From contig CM059433.1 of the NCBI GenBank assembly GCA_030390025.1, positions 29,576,001 through 29,640,000 of the forward strand: a stretch of 64,000 bases of DNA, read 5' to 3'. Below the pieces are notes generated by a model, which saw only the letters and a list, made by a program, of their open reading frames with translations, did no database searches and had not been told where the DNA came from. Of this stretch, positions 37,191 through 48,188 are shown one piece after another. Source of the DNA: Squalus acanthias (Eukaryota). The translations under genes were made by a program, and so were the position numbers. Numbering within the stretch: the first letter of the stretch is position 1; each line of letters starts with the position of its first letter.

Positions 37191-39062
37191 ACCCAAACAA
37201 AACAGCCTGAAAATTGGTTCAACACCAAAACCTTTTGTAAGGAGATCAGGAAGGCTCCGCAAACCTGTTATTAAACTGGATTTGCAGTTCATTTGTAGCA
37301 TTTGTAGTTAATTTAAAAGAAAAGAAGCCAGGAGTTTTTGTTATGTGGTACATGTAATGCTGGGAAAGGTGGGACCATAGTTTTGTTGTATTTGAGAGGG
37401 GAATATGTACGTTTTTATTAAGGGGAAAGCAGTGTAACGTATTATCACATAGTTTGTCACATGGTTTAGTATGAGCATGCTCAGTTCGCTCTAGACTAGT
37501 AAGCAAGCACCTTGACTAGCAACTCATCATGTCTCTGTCCTTCATTTGTTCCAACCACATATATTACACCTTTATATAGCAACTTCTAACTACCCTTTAA
37601 GAACTGAAGCTGTGCAACAATTTTCCCCCTCTCCCACTGACAGAAATTTCCACTGACAGGTCCGATCCCGCCCGGGAGCGTAATATGAATATTTAATGAG
37701 GTGGACCAGGGAAATCACCTGATGTCAGCAGTACACGATTTCAGCAAGCAGTGTCGAGATCAGAAAAATATCCTAAGGTTATTTTTGCGGAAAATGCAGA
37801 CGGGACATATTCGGCATTTAGTATGTATAGTTGTTCAAGGTCCTGCTGTGGTGAGATTTTTATTCATTTCTTTGCACCATTCCAACTTTGAAAAATCTCC
37901 CAATTCATACATCATTGAATCTTTGACAGTGCGGAGACCTTTTTGTTTTAAATATTTTTTCCTCTTCATAAAATTAGGCAGTTTAGCTATTCCCCCCCAA
38001 GTCCTCAAAGTGCACATACATGGGCCTGAGCACCTGATAAAAGCCTTGGAAGTGGCCCCCTGGCTGAGCACATCCAGTAACAAGCCAAGATGAGCTGCTG
38101 GTGTACATGTAGCCGACTCTTGAATTTGGTTTAAAGGAAACTCCGCCCTGGGTTGGCCGACAAAGACAGCTTGTATACCTGAGGCACATCAAGCGGATGA
38201 GTAATGTTACCTTTCCAAGTCTCATGCCTTGTTTGAACATAAGAACATAAGAAATGAGAGCAGGAGTAGGCCATACGGCCCTTCGAGCCCGCTCCACCAT
38301 TCAATAAGATCATGGCTGATCATCGACCTCAACTCCACTTTCCCGCCCGATCTGCGTATCTCTTGATTCCCCTAGAGTCCAAAAATCTATCTATCTCAGC
38401 CTTGAATATACTCAAAGACTCAGCACCCACAGCCCTCTGGGGCAGAGAATTCCAAAGATTCACAACCCTCTGAGTGAAGAAATTCCTCCTCATCTCAGTC
38501 TTAAATGGCCGACCCCTTTAACCTGAGACTATGGGCTGGATTTTCATAGGGCCGTTGAGGCAGGATTGGAGGCGTGTGGGGGGTTAAAATTGCAGAAACT
38601 GATGGGCGGGCCCGATCTCGCCTCCATCCCGCCTCCACGCAATTTTGATGAAATCGTGTCTACTGGTCCCGTCTCCGTCCCACCTCCAAGAGGCGGGAGA
38701 GGCCATTAATGCCCTTAACAAGCCCTAAATTGGCTCTGCAATGCCATTTTGATAGTTTTTTGCTAGTTTAACCCTTTTCCCACGTGAAGCACGCCAGATC
38801 TGAAACACGCCAGTGAAACCTGGCGGGAGCACAAGTGGATTGCTGACTCTCAGCTGCAGCTCAACCATTAAATAGGAGATTTGATCAGCCATCATTTGCA
38901 GGTGGCAGGACTTTGTTGTCACAGGTCTGGGGGAACTTTTAGAAGGCATAACCACAGCTCTGGAAGTTTGGAGCCTGACACCCATCTGCAGTGTGACCTC
39001 CTGGGAAACCCCTCTCGCCACCCTCATTGAGCGCTTCCTCAACTGAGGCATATACCAGAGGC

Positions 39063-40460
39063 ATGAGAGCCATTTATTTCCTTCCCTCCTGGGCATCAGA
39101 TGAGGACGAACACCAGCCGCGGCACCAGCAGAGCCATGAACAAAAGCAGCACCAACAGCAGCAGAAACAGCAGGAGCGCTAAGCTGCTGCTCACCCGCCT
39201 GAAGCTGCACAGGCCAGAAGGGGCCAGCTCATGGAAGGCTGTCGGCGCAGGAGATACCCCCCAAACAGGGTCTACAGACACAGGGTCAGCTACCTCAACA
39301 TGTCTGAGCAGCAGTGCCAAAGGCGGCTCTGACTTTCGCTAGAGGTAGTGGGTGACATCTGCGCAATGCTGCAACAAGACCTGGAGCCCAGAGGACCAGG
39401 TGGACACCCCTTACCAGTGGCTGTCAAAGTCACCACTGCACTCAACTTTTTTGCCTCAGGCTCATTCCAGGGATCAGCAGCAGACATCAGCGGCATCTCC
39501 CAGGCGGCCGCACACACCTGCATCACGCAGGTAACCGATGCCCTCTTTGCCATCGTGCACAATCACATCCATTTCACCAAGGATCGAGCAAGTGTCACGG
39601 TGCGTGCGGTTGGATTAGCTAATCTGGCAGGCTTTCCAAGGGTGCAGGGCGTCGTAGACTGCACACATGTGGCCCTTAAGGCACCCCATTACAATCCAGG
39701 TATTTTTGTCAACCGCAAGGGCTTCCACTCCCTCAACGTTCAGCTGGTGTGTGACCACAAGAAGGAAGTTTTGCATGTTTGTGCCAAGTACCCTGGCAGT
39801 TGCCATGACTCCTTCATACTGTGCCAGTCTAGTGTGCCTCCGCTATTCAGTCCGCCAGAGCAACTTCACGGATGGCTACTTGGAGACAAGGGCTATCCCC
39901 TGAAGACGTGGCTAATGATGCCATTGAGGAGCCCATCCAACGCAGCTGAGGAGAGCTACAACTCCAGCCACATTTCCACCAGAGCCATAATCGAGCAAAC
40001 CATCGGTATGCTGAAGATGCGCTTCAGATGCCTGGATAGATCAGGTGGAGCCCTGCAATACTCAGCAGACAGGGTCTCCAGAATCGTCGTGGTTTGCTGT
40101 GCACTTCACAACATGGCACAGCGTCGTGGCTTGCAGATGCCGGAGGACCAAATGGCTCCTCACATAGCCTCCTCAGATGAGGAGGTGGCGGAGGTGGAGG
40201 AGGAGGAGGAGAGAGAGAACGAACATCTTGCAGAGGCCCATCAACCAGCGGCAGCATTACGCGAGACCATAGCTGCCCGGAATGCAAGGAACGCAATCAT
40301 CTTGGCCAGATTTGCTGAGCCTAGACAATCAAGCACTTTTGCCTCGCAGCTTCTTACCAGAGCTACGACAATGGCCCAGACCCAGCAGATCCCTAACAAT
40401 TTGACCACCATACTGACAATTGCAAGTTATCCTAAGGCCTCATTGTGGAAGTCCCATTAG
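39063..40460 (+). pseudogene. Harbinger DDE transposase (HARBI1-like) with two premature stops
   Basis: ATG 39063 is in frame with ORF 39348-40460; TAA at 39180 and TGA at 39330. Motifs [38 protein letters not shown] and [18 protein letters not shown] are intact. Confidence 0.92.
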
Positions 40461-40576
40461 CGAAATGACAGACACCACAACTGCAGCTGTAGCCATCAGA
40501 GTTTTTATTTACACTTAACATCTGATGGGTTTTTTACATTAAACATCAAATTTCACCCAAGTGACTACCCTTGTGA

Positions 40577-42500
40577 CTATTTGTGCAGTATCTTTCTCTT
40601 ACGCGTGCTCCTACGTGGTGCTTCCCCTGTGGCTTCAGCAGAGGTGGAGGCCCCCTGCTCAGTTTGTATCTGCTCCTGTCTCGACACCTTTGGCGGGCGT
40701 CCTCTGGGGTTGTGAACCTGCGAGGGCTCGGCAACAGTCTGCTGCTCCTGCGGCTGGGCAGGGGTTGAGACGCCGATCTCAGTTGGGTGCGGACTCTGGT
40801 GGGGCTCTGACCGAGGACTTGTCAGTGGCATGGAAGTGTGAGCGCTTGGAGAGGAGCCTCCACCTCCTTGTTGTCTGCCACCAACATCCCTCTCATGGGT
40901 CAGGTCCACCTCAGCGCTTGCAAGTGGATTGAGAGCACCTTGCTGCACATCATGGGGGCCATGGGGACCCGTATCTGCACTGACAGTCCTACTCAGAAGG
41001 ACTTCCATGAAGGTCTGGTTTCTCTGTTCAATAGATGTCCATCGCTCCTCCAGAGATGTCATTCTATTCAGAACACACACCATGTTTTCTGCACTCTGGC
41101 GACTTAACACCTCCATGGAGATTGCCATCCTTTCCATGGTGATGCGTTCATGCGCCAATGACTCCACAAAGGCTCTGCTAATGTTCGCCATGGACTCCTC
41201 CATTCGCTCCACACTCGCAGCGACCCTGGAGACAAAACCTGTCAGAGACTCCTGCATCTGTTCCTGGAGTCCCAGCACCGCTGATCTTATGGATGGCCCC
41301 AGAGGCAGAGGGTCGACATGCAGCTGAGCCGAGCTAGGAGAGTCCTGCGCCCTCCAACTAGGACTCTCCACTGCTGTCCCTGTCTCCACCATCTGCTGAT
41401 GCTCACTTGTGAGCTGTGATACACCAGGTGACAACACTACTCTATGTCCCGAGGGTCCCACCGAGGTGTGAGTCTCTGCGCTGGTGCTGGGTGCACTGAA
41501 TTCTGCTGACGCTGCGCCCTCAGAGGTTGCAGCTTCCTCTGAGGAGTCTGGATGCTCAGGCTGGTCCTCCTGGCTAGTGGGAACGGGTTCTTGCGATGGT
41601 CCTGTGGGGGAGTAAAGGAAAGAGTCAGAGATGTGATGCCAAGGTTACATGCACATTGCATATTGCAGATGATCATAAATCCATCTGTTAGAGCTTCAGA
41701 TTCATTAGCAGCGACTCATGCAATGTCAATGAGAGAGATGGAACACTATTCAGTCACCAGCTTGCTGTGATGCACCCGTCTGTCCGTCCCCCACTTGTGT
41801 ATCGTCCTCCACTCCCACGATCTCCAGGACCGCATCCTCCCAGGGGGTGAGCTGGGCTAATGAAGGTGGCCCTCCTCCTGTCCTGGCTCTTTCCCTTTTA
41901 TTGTGAGCTCTCTTTTCCTGCAATGAGGGAGACAAGTGGAGTTTGAGTGAGATTGAAGGAATGAGTGTAGAGAGTCCATAGCATAGATGCTTAGAAGGAG
42001 ACAAAGATGGAGTGAGGTGGCAAGACCAAGGGCCCTTCCTGTGTGTTGTAAGTTGTTTTCATAGCATGACAGCGATAGGGAGTGTGAGGGCTGCATAGTC
42101 GAATAGTAAGGTGAATGTGACCATAGAGGGAGAGGGAATGGGTAAGGGTGCATGGATGTCAGTGTCAAGTGGGATATGGAGGAAGAGGTTGCTAAAGCTG
42201 AGTGCTGGTGAGGAGAGGCAATGGGGATCAGATTTAGGGTGAAGGGAAAGTCATACTCACTTTTGCAGTGCGTAGAAGGTCATGAAACCTCTTCCTGCAC
42301 TGGAGCCAGGTTCTGCGGGTGATGGATAAAGAGTTGACCTCCTGGGCGACCTGGACCCACACAGCCTTGGTCTGCTGGGGAGGCTTCTTCCTCCCTGAGG
42401 AGGGGAAAAGCACCTCTCTGTTGGCTCTTGCTCCCTCCACCAAATCTTGCAGGGCAACGTCATCGAACCTGGGAGCAGACCTGGGTCTTTGGCTGGCCAT
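40577..42500 (-). CDS. Harbinger Myb/SANT-like DNA-binding protein (NAIF1/MSANTD-type), 3 exons, 474 aa
   Basis: Exons 42500-42261 (240 nt, gtgagt donor), 41917-41758 (160 nt, ttgcag / gtgact) and 41601-40577 (1025 nt, ccacag). Total 1425 nt, open throughout. APRF...W..VA..VN...RTWLQCRKRFHDL trihelix; basic C-terminus RRSTRKRK. Confidence 0.85.
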
Positions 42501-42782
42501 TCCTCCTGCAGTTGCCTCTAAGATACAAGCCCAAAAGCTTGGCAGTCTGCAGAAGAAGCAAGGCTTGTTTCAGACATTAAATGCAGCAGCAATGATGACG
42601 TCATCGGAGGCGACTTTCAGATTGGAATAACTCATTGGCCATGGGTTCCCACACGTTGGATCTCAATTGGCCAATTAAGTTAAAATCGCATCACTCTCCC
42701 ACATCGATCTAGATTCGGGTGGGCAACACGAAAAGCGGATAACACGACCCCAACCCGCCCCAGTATCAAAATCCAGCCCTAT

Positions 42783-43303
42783 GAGCGCGATTTTGCCAGC
42801 CCTGGGGAGGTGGGTTTGGAGGCGGGACTGCCGGGAAAATGGCAGAATCTGGGGGCGGGTGCCCATCCCGCCCCCAACCCGCCTCCATGCCATCTTCCCA
42901 GGAGGCGGGTAGCTGACCCGCGCCGGGTCCCGTCTCCTGGAGGCAGGAAGGGGATTACAGCCACTTAACTGCCTGTTAACAGATAAGAGGATTATCCCCA
43001 ATACAATACAAAGAATACAAGAACTCATCAAACTACAGAGAATGTCAGTGTTTGACAGCTTCACAGAGCTGTCAAACGATGACAATTCATCTGTCAAAAA
43101 TTTTTGACAGATGAAACATCATACGCTGACATTCTCCTGTAACCGGCTTCCCCCTAATTGGCCTGCTAAGCCCGTTGGGCGGGCTTAACAAGGTCAATCA
43201 AGGGAAAATAGCGAGGGTTGGCCAGAAGTCGATGAAGGTGCGACTAAAACCCAACAAGTGGGAGTCCCACCTCCAAAAGCTCCCCATTGGCAAAATCCAG
43301 CCC
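42783..43303. mobile_element. Harbinger MITE abutting the full-length element
   Basis: Ends gagcgcgattttgcca / tggcaaaatccagccc (13/16 inverted match), flanked by TAT on both sides. Confidence 0.8.
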
Positions 43304-46064
43304 TATGCCCCTTAGTTCTACACACTCCAGCCAGGGGAAACAACCTCTCAGCATCTACCCTGTCAATCCCCTTCAGAATCTTGTATGTTTCAATGAGATC
43401 ACCTCTCATTCTTCTAAACTCCAGAGAGTATAGGCCCAATCTACACAATCTCTCAGCATAGGATAGCCCTCTCATCCCAGGAATCAATCTAGTGAACCTT
43501 TGTTGCACCACCTCCAAGGCAAGTATATCCTTCCTTAGATAAGGAGACCAAAACTGTGCACTGTACTCCAGGCGTGGTCTCACCAAGGCCCTGTACAATT
43601 GTAGCAAGACTTCCTTACTCTTATACTCCAACCCCCTTGCAATAAAGCCAACATGCCATATGCCTTCCTTATTGCTTGATGTACCTGCATAGTAGCTTTC
43701 TGTGTTCCTTGCACGAGGATACCCAAATCTCTCTGAACAACAACATTTGAAAGTTTCTCACCATTTAATAAATATGCTGTTTTTCTATTCTTCCTACCAA
43801 AGTGAATAACCTCACATTATACTCCATCTGCCACCTTACTGCCAACTCACTTAGTCTATCTATATCCCTTTGCAGACTCTTTGTGTTCTCCTCACAGCTT
43901 ACTGTCCCATCTAGCTTTGTATCATCAGCAAACTTGGATACATTACACTCGGTCTGTTCATCTAGGTCATTAATATAGATTGTAAATAATTGATCCTTGC
44001 AGCACCCCACTAGTTACAGCCTGCCAACCTGAAAAAGATCCGTTTATCCCTACTCTCTGTTTTCTGTCCATTAACCAATCCTCTATCCATGCTACTATAT
44101 TACCCCCAACCCCATGAGCTCTAATCTTGTATAATAACCTTTTATGTGACACCTTATCAAATGCCTTTTGGAAATACAAATATACTACATCCACTGGTTC
44201 CCCTTTATCTACCCTGCTAGTTACATCCTCAAAAAACTCTAATAAATTTGTCAAACACGATTTCCCTTTCATAAAACCATGTTGACTACCTAATCATGTT
44301 ATGATTTTCTAAGTGACTTGATGCCACTTCCTTAACAATGGATTCCAGCATTTTCCCAACGACTGATGTCAGGTTAACTGGCCTGTAGTTCCCTGTTTTT
44401 TCTCTCCCTCCTTTCTTGAGTAGCGGTGTTACATTTGCGACCGTCCAATCCGCTGGGACCATTCCAGAATCTAGGGAATTTTGGAAGATCAAAACCAATG
44501 CATCCACTATCTCTTCAGCCACCTCTTTTAGAACCCTAGGATGTAGGCCATCAGGTCCAGGGGATTTGTCGGCTTTTAGTCCCATTAGTTTCTCTCGTAC
44601 TTTTTCTCTACTTATATTAATTACGTTGAGTTCCTCACCCTCATCAGACACTTGTTTCCCCACCATTTCTGGTATGCTTTTTGTGTCTTCTACTGTGAAG
44701 ACAGATACAAAGTATTTGTTTAACATTTCTGCCATTTCCTTATTCCCCATAATAATTTCTCCTGTCTCAGCCTCTAAGGGACCAACATTTACTTTTGCTA
44801 CTCTTTTCCTTTTTACATTCTTGTAGAAACTCTTTCAATCTGCTTTTATATTTCTTGCTAGTTTTCTCTCATTCTATTTTTTCCCTTTTTTTCAATTTTT
44901 TGGTCAACCTTTGCTGGTTTCTGAAACTCTCCCAATCCTCATGCTTATTATTATTCTTTGCAACATTATAAGCTTCTTCTTTCAATCTAATGCTATCCTT
45001 AACTTCTTTACTTAGCCACGGTTGGATCACTTTTCCCTTGGAGTTTTTGTTTCTCAATGGAATGTATTTTTGTTGAGAATTATGAAATATTTCTTTAAAT
45101 GCTAGCCACTGCTTATCTACCGCCATACCTTTTAATCTATTTTTCCAATCTACCTTAGCCAACTTGCCCCTCATACCTATGTAATTGGCTTTATTTAAGT
45201 TTAAGACTCTAGTTTCGGACTTAGGCAAGTCACTCTCAAAATTAAAGTGAAATTCTATCATATTATAATCACTCTGCCCCTGTGGATCCTTTACTATGAG
45301 ATTGTTAATTAACCCTGTCTCATTACACAATACAAAATCTAATATAGCCTGTTCCCTTGTTGGTTCCATGACATATTATTCTAGGAAACTGTCCCGAATG
45401 CATTCCATGAACTCGTCCTCCAGACTACCTTTGCCAATTTGATTTGTCCAGTCTATATGGAGATTAAAGTCCCCCAAGATTATTGCATTACCTTTGTTGC
45501 AAGCTCCTACTATTTCTTGATTAATATTCTGTCCAATAGTACAGCTACTGTTAGGGGGCCTATATACTACTCTTACCAATGTTTTCTGCCCCTTGTTATT
45601 CTTATCTCCACCCATACTGATTCTACTTCCTGATCTTCCGAGCCGAGATCCTTTCTCGCTACTGTCCTTATGTCATCCTTTATTATCATGGCTACTCCCC
45701 CTCCTTTTCCATTCTGCCTGACTTTTCGAAATGCCAAGTACCCTGAAACATTTAGTTCCCAACCTTGGCCACCTTGCAACCTTGTCTCTGTAATGGCGAT
45801 GAGATCAAACCCATTTATCTCTATTTAGTTTGTCTATCTTGTTACGAATGCTTCGTGCATTCAGATAAAGAGACTTTAATTTAAATTTTTTATCATTATT
45901 CTCTGCTTTGACCTTATTCTCTGCTGCACTGCTGCCATTAAACTTTCTGTCCCTGCCTGTCACACTCTGCTTATTTTTATCCAAATCGCTACACTGCTCT
46001 ATTGCCTTGGTCTTTCTCTTTAGATTTCTAAATTTCCCTTCACCTGACCCCTCCCCCCACTTTT

Positions 46065-46989
46065 TTAGTTTAAAGCCTTATCTACAGCCCTAGTTATTCG
46101 ATTTGCCAAGACGCTGGTCCCAGTGGAGCCCATACCGATGGAACAGCTCCCTCTTTCCCCAGGACTGGTGCCAGTGCCCCATGAATTGAAAATTTTCCCA
46201 CACCACTCTTTGAACCACACATTTAACTCTCTGATCTGCTTGACCCTATGCCAATTTGAGCATGGCTTGGGTAGTAATTCAGAGATTATTATGCTTGTGG
46301 TTCTGCTTATTAATTTAGACCCTAGCTCCTCAAACTCTCTCAGCAGAACCTCATTCTTAGTTCTACCTATGTCGTTGGTTCCTACATGGACCACGACAAC
46401 TGGATCCTCCCCCTCCCACTCCAAGTTCTTCTCCAGCTGCAAGGAGATATCCTTAACACAGCCTTCGGGTCTCTCTTTCGTGCCTGCAGAGAACAGTATC
46501 TATCCCCCTGACTATGCTGTCCCTTACTACCAGCACATTCCTTCCTTCTCCCCCCACTTGGATGGTGCCCTGTTCCACAGTGCCGTGCTCAGTTTGCCCA
46601 TCCTCCCTGCAGTCCTTTTCCTCATCCATACAGGTAGAATGTACCTCGTACCTGTTGGACAAGGTCCAGGGCCGAGGCTCCTCCATCACTACATCCTGGG
46701 TCCCCACACCTTCCTGACTCGCAGTCACACTCTCCTGTCCCTGACCACTGACAAACTCTAAAGTACTACTTAACCTAAAGGATGTGACTGCCTCCTGGAA
46801 CAAAGTGTCCAGGTAACTCTCCCCCTCCCTGATGCATCGCAATGTCTGCAGCTCGTACTCCCACTCAACAATTTTGAGCCAAAGTTCCTCGCGTTGCAGA
46901 CGCTTACTGCAGATGTGGGTGCTCGGGATCGCGATGCTCTCCACAGACTCCCACATGCTGCAGTTATGACACACCACCTGCCCTGCCAT
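46065..46989 (-). pseudogene. CR1 ORF1: N-terminal Cys zinc-finger/coiled coil plus SGNH esterase domain (frameshifted)
   Basis: VCHNCSMW...HICSK; VLVVRDSIVRG (GDS block); VVVHVGTNDIG. Confidence 0.85.
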
Positions 46990-47239
46990 CTCTAACCTTG
47001 TTTTATTTATTAATTAATTAGTTAAAGATTTTATTCAATCCATATTTTAGGTTTATTGTTTGATTATTTTATTTAGTTTAAGTTATTAATTTAATAAGTA
47101 CTAGCAAGTTACAGTTTCTCAGCTCTTAATTTAACTCCCTTCCCTAACTTAGAGAGCAAAAAAGAGCTGTAATACTCACCAACCAATCACCTACCTGCTT
47201 TCCTGTGACGTCACTCTTTGTTGTTGTTTTTGAATCAGA

Positions 47240-47577
47240 GCCTCGCGCTGCCGCTGCTTTAATTCAGGTCCGCTCTCGCGCCACTCTTTATCCTCTCGCC
47301 GCTACCACTGTTTTAATTCAGGTCCGCTCTCGGGCCGCTCTTTATCCACTCGCCGCTGCCGCTGCTTTAAGTCAGCTCCGCTCCCGGGCTGTTCTTTATC
47401 CTCTCGCCGCTGCCGCTGCTTTAATTCAGCTCCGCTCCCGGGCTGTTCTTTATCCTCTCGCCGCTGCCGCTGCTTTAATTCAACTCCGTTCCTGGGCCGC
47501 TCTTTATCCTCTCGCCGCTGCCGCTGCTTTAATTCAGCTCCGCTCTCGGGCTGCTCTTTATCCTCCTGCCGCTGCTT
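47240..47577. repeat. 54-bp tandem repeat (about 6 copies) in the CR1 5' UTR
   Basis: Unit ctcgccgctgccgctgctttaattcagctccgctcccgggctgttctttatcct. Confidence 0.9.
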
Positions 47578-48188
47578 TGCACTGTGCTTTTGGCACCACA
47601 ATGAACCTATAACCCTAAAAGTCACTTTTTCCTAATGAAGTAAACTGAGTGCCTCTGCACCGCGAATTCCTGGTGTGGTGGAACACCAGCCAAGGGTAAG
47701 GTTTATGCCAGGATGAGTTTGGTATAAACTATCAAGCTCTGAGCTGATATCTCTATCCCAGCATCCCTTCATTTTCCTAACTGCTTTATACACTGCTAAA
47801 GTGCATGTTCTATTATAAAGTATTACTAAGGGCTAGAAATTCATTATAGCCTAGGAATGGGCGGTATCGTTAGAAAAGTTGGTGATTTAGCGCCTGGCGC
47901 TCATGCTTTAGACTGCACGCAAAATTCGTGCTCACTGCTCAAAGAAATGATTGGCGTGCTAATTCAACTCTTAAAGCCCAAGCTCATTGGCGTTACACTC
48001 AAAGGATGGACCAATATCAGGTGCAGTCTAATCACAAGTCATGATTGCCACAGGCTTTTTTCAGTACCTAAAGGGGAGGTTCATTGATGCTGCAGAACCT
48101 CATTCTCAGCATTGCTGGCTGTGCAGCTGCCTCAGCAAGCAGCAGCAGGTCAAGGAGAAGGAGCCGGAGGAATGAAGCAGCTGTACTC

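Larger units (their letters stand above)
33920..37568 (+). mobile_element. Ty3/Gypsy LTR retrotransposon (Mag-like), defective, integrase deleted
   Basis: LTRs 33920-34044 and 37433-37568 (TG start; 3' LTR ends CA). 5-bp TSD CCTTT. PBS tggcgatgaggat at 34049, PPT 'aaggggaaagcag'. gag-pro-RT-RNaseH remnants inside. Confidence 0.93.
38533..42779. mobile_element. Full-length PIF/Harbinger DNA transposon (transposase plus Myb/SANT gene)
   Basis: 12-bp TIR GGGCTGGATTTT / AAAATCCAGCCC; TAT TSD at 38530-38532 and 42780-42782; two convergent genes. Confidence 0.95.
38236..47580 (-). mobile_element. Near full-length CR1 LINE (5' UTR, ORF1, ORF2, tail), split by a 4.8-kb Harbinger insertion
   Basis: Tail (aacataag)n at 38236. 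ORF2 APE (VVYRPPN, LGDFN, ILDFVL) and RT pieces at 43304-45800. ORF1 at 46065-46989. Host sequence rejoins as 'cctgagactat|gccccttagttcta'. Confidence 0.92.

Noticed and set aside
39348..40460. Host gene HARBI1
   Set aside because: Lies within TIRs and a TSD, is paired with a Myb gene, is inserted in a CR1 and has upstream in-frame stops; it is a transposon copy.
47205..47625. Ala-rich and Arg/Glu-rich repeat ORFs
   Set aside because: Translations of the 54-bp tandem repeat.
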